Shown here: one piece after another, positions 1 through 11,017 of the stretch
Layout of the letters: each line of letters opens with the position of its first letter
Position numbering within the stretch: the stretch's first letter is position 1
Sequence record: PZ386958.1
Direction: 5' to 3' (one strand)
Source of the DNA: a phage
DNA length: 64,000 nt
Position numbers and translations under genes: made by a program
The notes under the pieces: model-generated
Seen by the model: only the letters and a program-made list of their open reading frames with translations
Databases searched by the model: none
Told to the model about the DNA's origin: nothing

Positions 1-1602
1 ATGGACTTAAATGCTGTTAAGCAGAAGCGAGTGGAAGATGTTAGGAAAGTCCTAGCTGGAGAGTTGGGGCTTTCTGATGAAGTAAAAGAAATTATCAAAT
101 CATTCGGTAAAGACCCCTCTAAATTCCTTCCAACTCAAATTCTGACTTTATTAAGATACACACCAGACCAAGTTAGGCTTATCTTCAAATTGATGACTGA
201 TAAGAACTATGTAGCCCCTCAGCCGGGTTCTCAAGAGGTGTTTTTAAATACTAATGCTGACTTGGTTCTTTATGGTGGTGCTGCTGGTGCTGGTAAAACT
301 GCTGCATTGTTAATGGACTCTTTAAGATTTATTGAAGACCCTAACTATAATGCTGTATATTTCCGTCGAAATACAACACAGTTACAAGGTGGTTTATGGC
401 CTGCTGCAAAGAAACTATTTGGTAAGTTTGGTGGGATTCCTCACGAGCAGAAAATGACTATCACATTCCCTTCTGGGGCAACTATCAAGTTCACCTACCT
501 AGAACTTGAAAAGCACGCTGAAGGTCATCAGGGTATTGAATACTCAGCTATTTACTTTGACGAAGGTACACACTTCTCTGCTTCACAGATTTCATACCTA
601 CAGACCCGTCTACGTTCTGGTGCTGAAGGTGATTCATACATGAAGATTTCTATGAACCCAGATAGAGACCACTTCATTTATGATTGGGTAGAGCCATTCT
701 TAGATGAAGAAGGTTATCCAGACCCTGAAAAGTGTGGTCGTATTCGTTGGTATGTAATGAACGATGGTGTGATGGTTTCTGATTGGGAGAGAGATAAGAT
801 TCTTGAAATGTTCCCTCTTGAGATTCCTCAAACATACACCTTTATCTCTGGTACGATTGATGATAACCCAATCCTTGACTTCTTAGAGCCTAAGTACCGT
901 GGTAAGTTGGAAAACAACACCCCTGTAAACGTTGCAAGACTTCGTTTCGGTAACTGGAAGGCTCGTGCAGAAGGTTCAAACTATTGGCAAAGACAGTGGT
1001 GTGAGATTGTTGATTCACTCCCAGAAGATGTATTTGATGTCAGAGCATGGGACTTAGCAGCAACTTTACCATCTGAGATTAACCCTAATCCAGACTGGAC
1101 AGCGGGTGTTAAGATGGGTAAATCTAAAAAAGACGGTTGCTATTATATCATTGATGTAGTAAGATTTAGAGATAGACCCTCTGGAGTCGAAACACAAATT
1201 AATTTGACTGCTGAAAGTGACGGTAAGCGAACTGGTATTTTTATCCCTCAAGACCCAGGCGCTGCTGGTAAATCCTACGCAACATCCCTCATAAGGAAAC
1301 TTGCCGAGAAAGGCTATCGTGCAAGAGCTAAACCAACAAATAAAGATAAAGTTACCCGCTTTGCGGGATTTTCTGCTGCTTCTGAAGCTGGACTTGTAAA
1401 AGTCTTGAGAGGTAGTTGGAATGAAGCTTATTTTCAAGAGCTTGAAGGCTTTTGTGGTGATGGCAAAACTAAAGATGACCAAGTGGATGCTACCAGTGAT
1501 GCTTTCAACAGTCTTAACGAAGTTAAATTATTCAAGCCACCATCAATGGGTGCTCACACAGACTTAGTGAGAGGAAACCCATATGAGGGGCTTAGACGTT
1601 GA
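1..1602 (+). CDS. terminase large subunit (ATPase/nuclease); may begin upstream of window
   Basis: Walker A-like YGGAAGAGKT near the N-terminus; 533 aa; lies directly upstream of the portal-sized gene. Confidence 0.75.
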   Translation: MDLNAVKQKRVEDVRKVLAGELGLSDEVKEIIKSFGKDPSKFLPTQILTLLRYTPDQVRLIFKLMTDKNYVAPQPGSQEVFLNTNADLVLYGGAAGAGKTAALLMDSLRFIEDPNYNAVYFRRNTTQLQGGLWPAAKKLFGKFGGIPHEQKMTITFPSGATIKFTYLELEKHAEGHQGIEYSAIYFDEGTHFSASQISYLQTRLRSGAEGDSYMKISMNPDRDHFIYDWVEPFLDEEGYPDPEKCGRIRWYVMNDGVMVSDWERDKILEMFPLEIPQTYTFISGTIDDNPILDFLEPKYRGKLENNTPVNVARLRFGNWKARAEGSNYWQRQWCEIVDSLPEDVFDVRAWDLAATLPSEINPNPDWTAGVKMGKSKKDGCYYIIDVVRFRDRPSGVETQINLTAESDGKRTGIFIPQDPGAAGKSYATSLIRKLAEKGYRARAKPTNKDKVTRFAGFSAASEAGLVKVLRGSWNEAYFQELEGFCGDGKTKDDQVDATSDAFNSLNEVKLFKPPSMGAHTDLVRGNPYEGLRR

Positions 1603-1609
1603 TAGCTAG

Positions 1610-3085
1610 GTGAGAAGAATGGCAGATATTACAGAAACACAAGAAAGCTTACCACCATTTAGAATGGGTGAAGTAGGTTCTTTGGGTCTGAAGGTTAAGA
1701 ATGGAAGAATCTATGAAGAACCTCGTCAGGCACTAAGGTTCCCTGAAAATATTAAAACTTTCCAATTAATGATGCGTGACCCTGCTGTAGCAGCATCTGT
1801 AAATATTATTAAGATGTTTGTCAGAAAAGTCAACTGGAGATTCGTGCCTCCAAAGGGAAAAGAGCAAGACCCTAAAATGCTTGAAAGGGCAGACTTCTTT
1901 AATTCTTTAATGGATGACATGGAGCATGATTGGGCAGATTTTATTAACTCTGTAATGTCATTCTGCACTTATGGGTTCTGTGTTAATGAGAAAGTTTATA
2001 AGAAGCGTCAGGGTAAAAAAGGAAAGTACCAGTCAAAATTTGATGATGGTCTAATTGGATGGGCTAAATTACCAATCAGAAACCAATCAACACTTGATAA
2101 GTGGTATTTTGACGAAGACTTTAGAAAAGTTACTGGTGTTAGACAGAATCTGAGGAATGTTTCACATATTGCTGGAGCAATTAATCTCGGAGAAAGACCA
2201 CTAACAAGAAAACTTCCACGAGCTAAATTCATGCTGTTTAAGTATGACGATGAATATGGAAACCCAGAAGGTCGTTCACCATTACTTAATGCTTATGTAC
2301 CGTGGAAGTATAAAGTTCAGATTGAAGAGTATGAAGCTGTTGGTGTTTCAAGAGACTTGGTAGGGATGCCAAAGATTGGCTTACCACCAGATTATCTGGA
2401 TGAAAATGCAGAACCTGAAAAGAAAGCTTTCGTACAATACTGCAAAACTGTTGTTAATGATATGATTGCTAACGACAGAGCAGGTTTAATCTGGCCTAGA
2501 TATATCGACCCAGATACTAAAGAGGATATTTTTGAGTTCTCATTAGTTTCTAGACAGGGTGCTAAAGCATATGACACAGGCTCTATCATTGACAGATATT
2601 CCAAGCAGATTATGATGGCATTTATGTCAGATGTTCTTGCTATGGGTCAATCAAAATATGGTTCATTCTCTCTTGCAGATTCTAAGACAAGCTTACTAGC
2701 AATGTCAGTAGATGTTCTGCTGAAGCAAATTAAGAACGTAATTAACCGTGATTTAGTTGCACAGACTTATGCTCTTAATATGTGGGACGATGAAGAACAT
2801 GTACAAATCACATATGATGATATCGAAACCCCAGACCTTGAAGTAATTGGTTCTTATATCCAGAAGACTGTTGCAGTAGGTGCTTTGGAAGTTGACAAAG
2901 AGCTATCTAACAAGCTTAGAGAGCATATTGGTCTTCCTCCTGCTGATGAGTCTCAGCCAGTATCTGAAAAGCTTTCTCCAAATAGTCAAAGCCGTTCAGG
3001 AGATGGCTATAAGACCGCTGGAGAAGGTACTGCAAAGACACCTTCAGCGAAAGACCCAAGCACAGCAAATAAGGCAAATAAATAA
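1610..3085 (+). CDS. portal protein (putative)
   Basis: 491 aa ORF immediately after the large terminase and upstream of the prohead protease; call from synteny and size only. Confidence 0.5.
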   Translation: MRRMADITETQESLPPFRMGEVGSLGLKVKNGRIYEEPRQALRFPENIKTFQLMMRDPAVAASVNIIKMFVRKVNWRFVPPKGKEQDPKMLERADFFNSLMDDMEHDWADFINSVMSFCTYGFCVNEKVYKKRQGKKGKYQSKFDDGLIGWAKLPIRNQSTLDKWYFDEDFRKVTGVRQNLRNVSHIAGAINLGERPLTRKLPRAKFMLFKYDDEYGNPEGRSPLLNAYVPWKYKVQIEEYEAVGVSRDLVGMPKIGLPPDYLDENAEPEKKAFVQYCKTVVNDMIANDRAGLIWPRYIDPDTKEDIFEFSLVSRQGAKAYDTGSIIDRYSKQIMMAFMSDVLAMGQSKYGSFSLADSKTSLLAMSVDVLLKQIKNVINRDLVAQTYALNMWDDEEHVQITYDDIETPDLEVIGSYIQKTVAVGALEVDKELSNKLREHIGLPPADESQPVSEKLSPNSQSRSGDGYKTAGEGTAKTPSAKDPSTANKANK

Positions 3086-3585
3086 TGGCTGAAGTTATCT
3101 CTATTTCAAATGCTACACGAGTGCATTCGTATAGAGGTGTTCTTATCATTACTGATAAGTTATCTGTAGAGGCTGGCTCAAGGGTCAGCCTTTCAGGTTA
3201 TGTAAGTGATGGTGGAACCTCTGACGTTTTCACTATTTGCAGGTTACTTGATGCTCCAATGAGTGGAAAACCGTTTATTTTAGGAAATTGTAGTGAAATT
3301 GTTAAAATTCCATTTGACAGTTCATGCCTTTTGGGTGTAAAGTTATATAACTGCGAGAATAAACGTATCAATGTTAATAGCATTGAAGCCGCTTTCATTA
3401 CCCTCGACACTGCATTTCAATCTCCAATGACAGTTAATAAAGAAACAAACAGACTTGAGTACATTTTTTCACAAAATGATTACAAAGTACTTGTCAAAGG
3501 TAAAGTATATGGTATGATTGTAAATGTGGTAGATGAATCTGGTAACCATTCAACAGTCCTTAAACAAAAAGTAAGGTTTAATTAA
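3085..3585 (+). CDS. hypothetical head-module protein
   Basis: 166 aa ORF, start overlaps the upstream stop (ATGA). Confidence 0.3.
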   Translation: MAEVISISNATRVHSYRGVLIITDKLSVEAGSRVSLSGYVSDGGTSDVFTICRLLDAPMSGKPFILGNCSEIVKIPFDSSCLLGVKLYNCENKRINVNSIEAAFITLDTAFQSPMTVNKETNRLEYIFSQNDYKVLVKGKVYGMIVNVVDESGNHSTVLKQKVRFN

Positions 3586-3917
3586 TGGGAACATTAACTA
3601 TTGATGGTAAGAATAAAATCCTCGCCACGCTAACCCCAACGACTATTATTTTACACAATGTAGACCCAACGGCAGACCCTACAGCAAATAAGGTTACTCA
3701 GCCAGTGGCTATTTATTTTTCTGAACCGGATAATGGCTTAATTGCCTCAGAAGACACAGTTAACATTACTGTCCCAGCTTCTGCAACGGTCTCACACTAT
3801 AGCTTGTGGGATGCTAACGATAAATGCGTGGCAACTGGTGCTCTTAGCAAACCTCAATTCTTTGCTGAAGAAGGTATCTATGTTATCTCTTCAGTCTCTG
3901 TAGATTTAAACAAATAG
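3585..3917 (+). CDS. hypothetical head-module protein
   Basis: 110 aa ORF, start overlaps the upstream stop. Confidence 0.3.
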   Translation: MGTLTIDGKNKILATLTPTTIILHNVDPTADPTANKVTQPVAIYFSEPDNGLIASEDTVNITVPASATVSHYSLWDANDKCVATGALSKPQFFAEEGIYVISSVSVDLNK

Positions 3918-3928
3918 GGTGAGTAAAA

Positions 3929-5275
3929 ATGAGTTCGAATATCTTCAGACTTGCTGATAGATTATTCAACCAACCTTTACTAGCCACTGAATCATTAGCT
4001 CACTCAGCAGCAACTTATGTGAATAACAGATTGCTGGGTGATGTCCAAGCAGCAGTAAACTTTGATAAACCCAAAGGTGAAGCAAGAAGTCTTTTAAAAG
4101 TAAAAGATGACATTGCTATTATCCCTATTATGGGTGGTTTAACCCATCGTATGACATTCATTGATGCAATGTGTACAGGTGGATTAAGCTCTTATGAGGG
4201 TTTACGTAGAGGCTTTGACGAAGCTTTAGCAGATGAGTCAATTAAGACTATCGTTCTGCACATTGATTCTGGTGGTGGTGAAGCTTCAGGTTGCTTTGAA
4301 TTAGCACGTCACATTATGGCTTCAAGAGGCCAAAAGAAAATTATTGCTTATGTAGATGAGTTCGCTTGTTCCGCTGCATATGCTCTTGCATCTTCTGCTG
4401 AAGAAATTATTGCATCACCAGATGCAGATGTTGGTTCTATTGGTGTAATTATGGTTCATCAGGAATTAACTAAGGCATTTGAAAAGAATGGCGTAACAAT
4501 TAACGTCATCAAAGCTGGTGAGTTTAAAGGTATGGGTTCACCATTCCAAGCACTTTCAGAAGAAAGCAAAGAAAGACTTCAAAAGAGAATTAATGATACC
4601 TACGCAACCTTTACAGGTTTTGTAGCTGAATCTCGTAATCTCTCTGAAGAAGCTGTAAAGAATACTGAGGCGAATGTTTATTCTGCTCAGGAAGCTCTTG
4701 AACTTGGTTTAATTAACTCAATCATGTCTCAAGATGATTTCTTAAATTACTTACAAGGTTCTGAAGAGGCTCCTGTAAGTTTAAACGTTAACAATTCAGG
4801 TGAAGAAATGACTGAACAAGAAAAGCAAGAACTAGAAGCTTTGCGTCTTCAGGTTGCTCAAATGAAAGCTAAAGAACAGGAAGCTGCTTTGTCAGATTTG
4901 ACTAATAAGATTTCTGCTTCTGCTGAAGCTTTTGGGTTTGATGCAAAAGAAGCTGCAACGACTATTTTAGGTGCTGGTCTTGATAACCCTCTGAGCGTTC
5001 TGTTTATGAATGCTATGGAAGGTGCTAACCAGAAACTTAATGAAACTATCGCATCCCATACTTCTGCAATGGAAGAAAAAGAATCAGAAATTACCAAGCT
5101 AAAAGAAACTGCTGGTGCTGTTCTTGAACATTCCAACGCTATGGAAGAAGTGGGTAATGACGGCGAAGCTGATTTGGTTGAAGAAGAAAAAGAACCAGCT
5201 AAGAATGCTTCCGAAGACACCGCTGAACAACGCAAACTGGCTCTCCAGAATGCTCTAAAATCTCTTATCAAATAA
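3929..5275 (+). CDS. prohead serine protease (S49/SppA-like) with C-terminal coiled-coil scaffold-like domain
   Basis: S49-like core (IVLHIDSGGGEASG ... DEFACSAAYALASSAEEI ... GSIGVIM) followed by a Glu/Lys/Ala-rich coiled-coil tail; sits between portal and capsid. Confidence 0.65.
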   Translation: MSSNIFRLADRLFNQPLLATESLAHSAATYVNNRLLGDVQAAVNFDKPKGEARSLLKVKDDIAIIPIMGGLTHRMTFIDAMCTGGLSSYEGLRRGFDEALADESIKTIVLHIDSGGGEASGCFELARHIMASRGQKKIIAYVDEFACSAAYALASSAEEIIASPDADVGSIGVIMVHQELTKAFEKNGVTINVIKAGEFKGMGSPFQALSEESKERLQKRINDTYATFTGFVAESRNLSEEAVKNTEANVYSAQEALELGLINSIMSQDDFLNYLQGSEEAPVSLNVNNSGEEMTEQEKQELEALRLQVAQMKAKEQEAALSDLTNKISASAEAFGFDAKEAATTILGAGLDNPLSVLFMNAMEGANQKLNETIASHTSAMEEKESEITKLKETAGAVLEHSNAMEEVGNDGEADLVEEEKEPAKNASEDTAEQRKLALQNALKSLIK

Positions 5276-5286
5276 GGAACACAACA

Positions 5287-5664
5287 ATGGCATATCAAGG
5301 TTTTACTAAGTTAGGTAAAAGAGAACCTCTGAATGATATCATTCTTTGGGAACAGGTTACCCCAACAGGCCACTCTCGTAAAGAGTACACTCCACAGGCA
5401 TCTACAGAATATCGTGTAGGCGAAGTTCTGAAAGCAGATGGTACTAAAGTTACAGCAGGACAAGAAGCTCAGGCTGATTCAGTATGTATCGTTAACTTTT
5501 ATGCAGACCTGCAACTGTCTTACCACGGTCAGTTGAAAGTTGTTGGTATCTACCGCGACGCAGAACTAAAAGACCTGCTTACTCTTGAGTCAGGTGTTGA
5601 TGCTGCCGCAGTCAAGACAGCTCTGGCTGCTAAAGGTATTGATTTCGTACCAACTGGCCTGTAA
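5287..5664 (+). CDS. hypothetical head protein (decoration-like position)
   Basis: 125 aa ORF between protease/scaffold and capsid gene. Confidence 0.3.
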   Translation: MAYQGFTKLGKREPLNDIILWEQVTPTGHSRKEYTPQASTEYRVGEVLKADGTKVTAGQEAQADSVCIVNFYADLQLSYHGQLKVVGIYRDAELKDLLTLESGVDAAAVKTALAAKGIDFVPTGL

Positions 5665-5697
5665 TAACAATAATAAGACATTCTGGAGAATTTTACA

Positions 5698-6804
5698 ATG
5701 TTGACTAATTCTGAAAAAAGCAGATTTTTCCTTGCTGACCTGACTGGTGAAGTCCAGTCTATCCCAAATACTTATGGGTATATTTCCAACTTAGGTCTGT
5801 TCCGTTCAGCACCAATCACCCAAACTACTTTCCTGATGGATTTGACTGATTGGGATGTTAGCTTGCTTGATGCGGTAGACCGTGATAGCCGTAAAGCAGA
5901 GACTAGCGCACCTGAGCGTGTTCGTCAAATCAGCTTCCCAATGATGTACTTCAAAGAAGTTGAAAGCATTACTCCTGATGAGATTCAGGGTGTACGTCAG
6001 CCAGGCACTGCAAACGAACTAACTACTGAAGCTGTAGTACGTGCTAAGAAGCTGATGAAGATTCGTACCAAGTTCGATATTACTCGTGAGTTCCTGTTTA
6101 TGCAAGCTCTGAAGGGTAAAGTTGTCGATGCTCGTGGTACTCTGTACGCTGACCTGTACAAGCAGTTCGACGTTGAGAAGAAGACTGTTTACTTCGACCT
6201 TGCCAACCCTAATGCTGACATCGACGCTTCTATCGAAGAACTGCGTATGCACATGGAAGACGAAGCTAAGACTGGCACTGTAATCAACGGCGAAGAAATT
6301 CACGTAGTTGTTGACCGTGTATTCTTCAGTAAACTGGTTAAGCATCCTAAGATTCGTGACGCTTATCTTGCACAACAGACTCCGCTGGCTTGGCAACAGA
6401 TTACTGGTTCTCTGAGAACTGGTGGTACTGACGGCGTTCAGGCTCATATGAACACCTTCTACTACGGTGGTGTTAAGTTTGTCCAGTACAACGGTAAGTT
6501 CAAAGACAAGCGTGGTAAGGTTCACACTCTGGTTGGCATTGATGGTGTAGCAGCAACTGTTGGTGTTGGTCATGCCTTCCCTAACGTATCTATGCTGGGT
6601 GAAGCTAACAACATCTTCGAAGTGGCATATGGCCCATGTCCTAAGATGGGTTATGCAAATACACTTGGTCAGGAACTGTACGTATTTGAATACGAAAAAG
6701 ACCGTGACGAAGGTATTGACTTCGAAGCTCACTCTTACATGCTGCCATACTGCACTCGTCCTCAGTTGCTGGTAGATGTTCGCGCTGACGCTCAAGGTGG
6801 CTAA
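5698..6804 (+). CDS. major capsid protein (putative)
   Basis: 368 aa ORF downstream of protease/scaffold; GGAG-like RBS (tggaga) 10 nt upstream of the ATG; call from synteny and size. Confidence 0.55.
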   Translation: MLTNSEKSRFFLADLTGEVQSIPNTYGYISNLGLFRSAPITQTTFLMDLTDWDVSLLDAVDRDSRKAETSAPERVRQISFPMMYFKEVESITPDEIQGVRQPGTANELTTEAVVRAKKLMKIRTKFDITREFLFMQALKGKVVDARGTLYADLYKQFDVEKKTVYFDLANPNADIDASIEELRMHMEDEAKTGTVINGEEIHVVVDRVFFSKLVKHPKIRDAYLAQQTPLAWQQITGSLRTGGTDGVQAHMNTFYYGGVKFVQYNGKFKDKRGKVHTLVGIDGVAATVGVGHAFPNVSMLGEANNIFEVAYGPCPKMGYANTLGQELYVFEYEKDRDEGIDFEAHSYMLPYCTRPQLLVDVRADAQGG

Positions 6805-6824
6805 TAAACTTAGGAGGGTTATGA

Positions 6825-7274
6825 ATGTGTTATACAGGCGACCCAGCCAATAACCCTCTTGATAGAGTAAGAATCCTCTGCACAGACACTAATAATGATG
6901 AAATTCTTATTGAGCAGTCTGTGCTAGAGTGGTTCTATCAAGAATCTGGAAAGGATGAAAAGAAAGCAGCCATCAAAGCTCTTAAATATTTACTCTTTCA
7001 AGTAGCCAAGATGGGAGATGAGAAGGTTGGTGGTGTTTATTTACGTAACTCTTCCAGATTCAAATCTCTGAAAGCTGTTTATGATGACCTTGTTAAAAGC
7101 TCTGTTTCAGGACTGCCCTATGCAGGTGGTATTAATCAGTGCGATATTGACATGCGTCGTCAAAATCCTTGCTCTGTCAAGAAATACACAGAATATGGTG
7201 ATGCTGCCAGATACGAAGGCAGAGATTACTGCAACCGTGTTAATGGCGTATTTATTATCGAGCGAGATGAATAA
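6825..7274 (+). CDS. hypothetical head-tail joining protein
   Basis: 149 aa ORF in head-tail connector position. Confidence 0.3.
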   Translation: MCYTGDPANNPLDRVRILCTDTNNDEILIEQSVLEWFYQESGKDEKKAAIKALKYLLFQVAKMGDEKVGGVYLRNSSRFKSLKAVYDDLVKSSVSGLPYAGGINQCDIDMRRQNPCSVKKYTEYGDAARYEGRDYCNRVNGVFIIERDE

Positions 7275-7756
7275 TGGTTAAAAGGGTTATTCACCCCGCT
7301 AGAGCAAAATTAGTCGGGGCTATGAAGAACTTGCAAACGGCTAATGCTCAAGTTGGGTATTTTCAAGAACAAGGTCAACATAGCTCTGGTTTTTCTTATC
7401 CTGCTTTAATGTATTTACAAGAAGTTATTGGGGTTCCTTCAGCTTCTGGTAAAGTATATCGTAGGTTGTTTGAAATCACTATGATGCTAAACAAACAGAC
7501 CTTGTTAGAGCAGACTAAGAAGAATCTATATAAGCAACTTAGCAGTCTCAACACAGACCCTTCAAATACCTTAGAAGCATTTGCAAAGAATACTCAAAAG
7601 GCAATTAAAAGAGGTTTTGGTAATTCTGCTATTCTCCCTCCTAACGCACCTTCCACAGTCAAGAAAAAAGGTTTTAACGCACCTCTTGTTGAGACAGGTG
7701 ATTTAAGGGAGAACCTTGCTTATAAAATTTCTACTAAGAAGGGTATTAAAAAATGA
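7274..7756 (+). CDS. hypothetical head-tail joining protein
   Basis: 160 aa ORF, start overlaps upstream stop. Confidence 0.3.
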   Translation: MVKRVIHPARAKLVGAMKNLQTANAQVGYFQEQGQHSSGFSYPALMYLQEVIGVPSASGKVYRRLFEITMMLNKQTLLEQTKKNLYKQLSSLNTDPSNTLEAFAKNTQKAIKRGFGNSAILPPNAPSTVKKKGFNAPLVETGDLRENLAYKISTKKGIKK

Positions 7757-8154
7757 GGCTCTTAAACAGACACAGCTTTATAGTAAAGCGTAAAGTCTCT
7801 GAAGACGGTTATTATAATGATGATGGTGATTGGGTAGCTTCACAAGATATTGTAGAGGTTAACTGTAAAGGTAATATCCAGCCATACATCAAAGGTTCTG
7901 TAAAGAATGGTACACAGATTGCTTTACCGGAAGGTATTAGGCTTACCGATACAAGAATCCTGTATACCACATATAAACTTAGAACTTCAGATGATGTAGA
8001 GTGGAATGAGTCTGACATTGTTATGATTGATGGTCATGAGTATGAAGTATTTATGACTATGGATTGGTCACAGCAATTAGCCCATACGTCCCATTATGAA
8101 TATATCATTATTAGAAGGGATAAAATGAATGCAGTTAGAAACAGCAGAACTTGA
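7753..8154 (+). CDS. hypothetical head-tail joining protein
   Basis: 133 aa ORF, overlapping start/stop. Confidence 0.3.
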   Translation: MRLLNRHSFIVKRKVSEDGYYNDDGDWVASQDIVEVNCKGNIQPYIKGSVKNGTQIALPEGIRLTDTRILYTTYKLRTSDDVEWNESDIVMIDGHEYEVFMTMDWSQQLAHTSHYEYIIIRRDKMNAVRNSRT

Positions 8155-8728
8155 AAAAGGTCTAGTTAGAACCTTAGTGGATGTTATTGGTCACAGACTA
8201 GCTCGTGATAAAAATAATAGACCAAATGTAATTAGAGCTTACCCTTCTGATAACTCAAATGACAAAGGTTTAAAACCTGACCAGCCATTTATTACCGTAT
8301 ATTGTCAAGATGCTGCAACACCTTATGGTTGGGTTCTTGATAAGTTTGTTGAGGATGATGTAGTTTGCTACAGAATTGCTTTTCAGATTCCAGTATTAAT
8401 TACGGTGAATGGTAAAGGTGCTCACAGTATTATGCTTGAGCTTAAACAACGATTAGAGATGAGTTCAGTCAGGGATTTAATTCTTGAAGAAACAGGGGCA
8501 ACAGTTTTAGACACTGGAGCTATCCCGAATGACTATACTTATCTTAATACAGATTTCGAAAATTCTGCACCTCTTGTTGTAACTCTTGTAAAAAATTCAG
8601 TCCTGAAAGATGAACGTGGAGGTATTATTGAACGTGTCATTGTTGATGGTGAATTGGTTTACGAAGAAGGACAAGAGCCACCAGAATATACTATCCATCT
8701 AGATGTAGACTCCAAAGGGGTAAAATAA
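8129..8728 (+). CDS. hypothetical neck/tail terminator protein
   Basis: 199 aa ORF in the connector region. Confidence 0.3.
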   Translation: MQLETAELEKGLVRTLVDVIGHRLARDKNNRPNVIRAYPSDNSNDKGLKPDQPFITVYCQDAATPYGWVLDKFVEDDVVCYRIAFQIPVLITVNGKGAHSIMLELKQRLEMSSVRDLILEETGATVLDTGAIPNDYTYLNTDFENSAPLVVTLVKNSVLKDERGGIIERVIVDGELVYEEGQEPPEYTIHLDVDSKGVK

Positions 8729-10081
8729 ATGTGGAATCCAATTGTTAATGTAGATATTACATTGAACACCGCAGGAACTACAAGAGAAGGTTTTGGTCTA
8801 CCACTGTTTTTAGCTTCAACAGATAATTTTGAAGAAAGAGTCCGTGGTTACACTTCCTTAACTGAAGTTGCTGAAGATTTCGATGAAAACTCTGCTGCAT
8901 ATAAGGCTGCTAAACAACTTTGGAGTCAGACTCCTAAAGTAACCCAGCTTTATATTGGTAGACGTGCTATGCAGTACACTGTATCAATTCCTGACTCTGT
9001 TACTGAAAGTACCGATTATTCTTTGACTGTAGCTGTGAGCGGTGGAATCTCTCAGCCATTCCAGTATACTTCAAAGACATTAGATACTGCTGAGAAGGTG
9101 TTACAACAGCTTAAAACACAGATTGAAGCTGACCCAACAATTAAAGATAAGGTCACTGTGAATGTAACTGGTGCTGGCGGTTCAGCCACAATGGTAATCA
9201 CCAAAGCTGGTGTGAACGACTTCGTGAAGGTTACTTCTACAGCACAAACAGTGTCAATTGCAAGTACAACTGCTGACACAGCATCGACTGCTCTGGCAGC
9301 TATTGAAGCTTATTCAACTGACTGGTATTTCATTGCAGCAGAAGACAGAACTCAACAGTTTGTCTTAGCAATGGCTTCTGAGATTCAAGCTCGTAAGAAG
9401 ATTTTCTTTACAGCTAACTCTGATGTAACAGCACTGCAAGGTACAGAATTAGCTAGTGCAAATGATGTTCCAGCACAGCTTGCTAAGAGTCAGTACACTC
9501 GTACCGTTTGCTTGTGGCATCACACGGCAGCAGAAGACTATCCAGAAATGGCATACATTGCTTATGGTGCTCCATATGATGCAGGTTCGATTGCTTGGGG
9601 TAACGCACAGTTAACTGGCGTAGCTGCTTCTCTACAACCATCTAATCAGAGACCTCTGACAAGTATTCAGAAGTCAGCTTTAGATGCACGTCACTGTAAC
9701 TTTATTGACCTTGATGGTGGTGTTCCAGTGGTTCGTAGAGGTATTACTTCTGGTGGGGAATGGATTGATATCATCCGTGGTGTTGACTGGTTAGAATCAG
9801 ACCTGAAAACTTCTCTGAGAGACTTGCTAATTAATCAGAAGGGTGGTAAGATTACTTATGATGATACTGGTATTACCCGTATTCGTCAAGTCATTGAAAC
9901 CTCTCTACAGAGAGCAGTCAACAGAAACTTCCTGTCATCTTACACAGTTAATGTTCCTAAAGCCTCTCAAGTTGCTTTAGCAGACAAGAAAGCACGTATC
10001 CTGAAAGACGTTACCTTCTCAGGTATCTTAGCAGGGGCTATCTTGGATGTTGACTTGAAAGGTACAGTGGCTTACGAATAA
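8729..10081 (+). CDS. tail sheath protein (putative)
   Basis: 450 aa ORF directly before a 148 aa tube-sized ORF and upstream of chaperone and tape-measure genes; synteny only. Confidence 0.4.
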   Translation: MWNPIVNVDITLNTAGTTREGFGLPLFLASTDNFEERVRGYTSLTEVAEDFDENSAAYKAAKQLWSQTPKVTQLYIGRRAMQYTVSIPDSVTESTDYSLTVAVSGGISQPFQYTSKTLDTAEKVLQQLKTQIEADPTIKDKVTVNVTGAGGSATMVITKAGVNDFVKVTSTAQTVSIASTTADTASTALAAIEAYSTDWYFIAAEDRTQQFVLAMASEIQARKKIFFTANSDVTALQGTELASANDVPAQLAKSQYTRTVCLWHHTAAEDYPEMAYIAYGAPYDAGSIAWGNAQLTGVAASLQPSNQRPLTSIQKSALDARHCNFIDLDGGVPVVRRGITSGGEWIDIIRGVDWLESDLKTSLRDLLINQKGGKITYDDTGITRIRQVIETSLQRAVNRNFLSSYTVNVPKASQVALADKKARILKDVTFSGILAGAILDVDLKGTVAYE

Positions 10082-10096
10082 TAGAGGTAAATTGGA

Positions 10097-10543
10097 ATGG
10101 CTATGTATCAGCAATATTCCCCTAAAGACGTTGTATGTAGCTGGAACGGCATTGCTATTGAAGGCTTTGCTCCAGATTCATTCTTGCGTCTACAGAGAAC
10201 ATCACCACTTATTACACCAGTTGTAGGTGCGGGTGGTCAGGTTGCTCTGACAAGAAATGCAGACAAGACAGGCACTATTGAGATTGAGCTAATGCAGACT
10301 TCTCTCTCTAATCAGATGCTTTCTGCAATTCAAGCTAAACAAGACAATATGGAACTTGAAGAAGATATCTCTTCTAACTTCGTAATCTACGACCCATCAG
10401 GCTCTGTTCTGGCAACTGGTATTAATGCTTGGTTGCAGGAACTACCACAGATTGAACTTGGTCGTGACCAGAACTCTAAGACTTGGATTTTTGGTTGTGA
10501 GAAGCTAGACTACACTTCTACAATTCCAGCGTCAAGTGTTTAA
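10097..10543 (+). CDS. tail tube protein (putative)
   Basis: 148 aa ORF after the sheath candidate, followed by an intrinsic terminator. Confidence 0.4.
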   Translation: MAMYQQYSPKDVVCSWNGIAIEGFAPDSFLRLQRTSPLITPVVGAGGQVALTRNADKTGTIEIELMQTSLSNQMLSAIQAKQDNMELEEDISSNFVIYDPSGSVLATGINAWLQELPQIELGRDQNSKTWIFGCEKLDYTSTIPASSV

Positions 10544-10555
10544 TAAATCCTATAA

Positions 10556-10587
10556 GGGGGAGACTTTAAAAGGTCTTCCCCTTTTTT
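10556..10587 (+). terminator. rho-independent terminator
   Basis: GGGGGAGAC / GTCTTCCCC stem followed by TTTTTTGTTTCTTTT. Confidence 0.6.
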
Positions 10588-10616
10588 GTTTCTTTTAAAA
10601 GTATTAAGGAATCACA

Positions 10617-11015
10617 ATGAAAACAGAATCTAGAGTAATTAATGGTAAGAAAGTAAATATCATTCTGCTTGGGGCAAGAGATGGTATTAAGATGTCTATG
10701 AAGTTGGGTAAAATTGTTGTTCCAACTTTTGCACAGATGCTGTCAAGTCTGACTGATAAAGATAAGAAAGAAGTCCCAATGGTTCCATTTAAAGAACTTG
10801 TTGAGGCTTGTTTTGACAGAATTGAAGAAATTAACCTTGAAGAAATGGCTACCATGTTATTTCAAGGGGCAACTGTTGATGACTTCCCACTTAATATTGA
10901 CACATACTTCCAAGCAAACTATGGTGAATTTATTGATTACTTAGCATTTGCGCTGGAGGCAAACTTCGGAAGTTTTTTCGAAGCAAGCATTTTCAAAAGC
11001 CTAACTTCTCAGTAA
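10617..11015 (+). CDS. tail assembly chaperone (putative)
   Basis: 132 aa acidic ORF immediately upstream of the tape measure gene. Confidence 0.35.
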   Translation: MKTESRVINGKKVNIILLGARDGIKMSMKLGKIVVPTFAQMLSSLTDKDKKEVPMVPFKELVEACFDRIEEINLEEMATMLFQGATVDDFPLNIDTYFQANYGEFIDYLAFALEANFGSFFEASIFKSLTSQ

Positions 11016-11017
11016 AC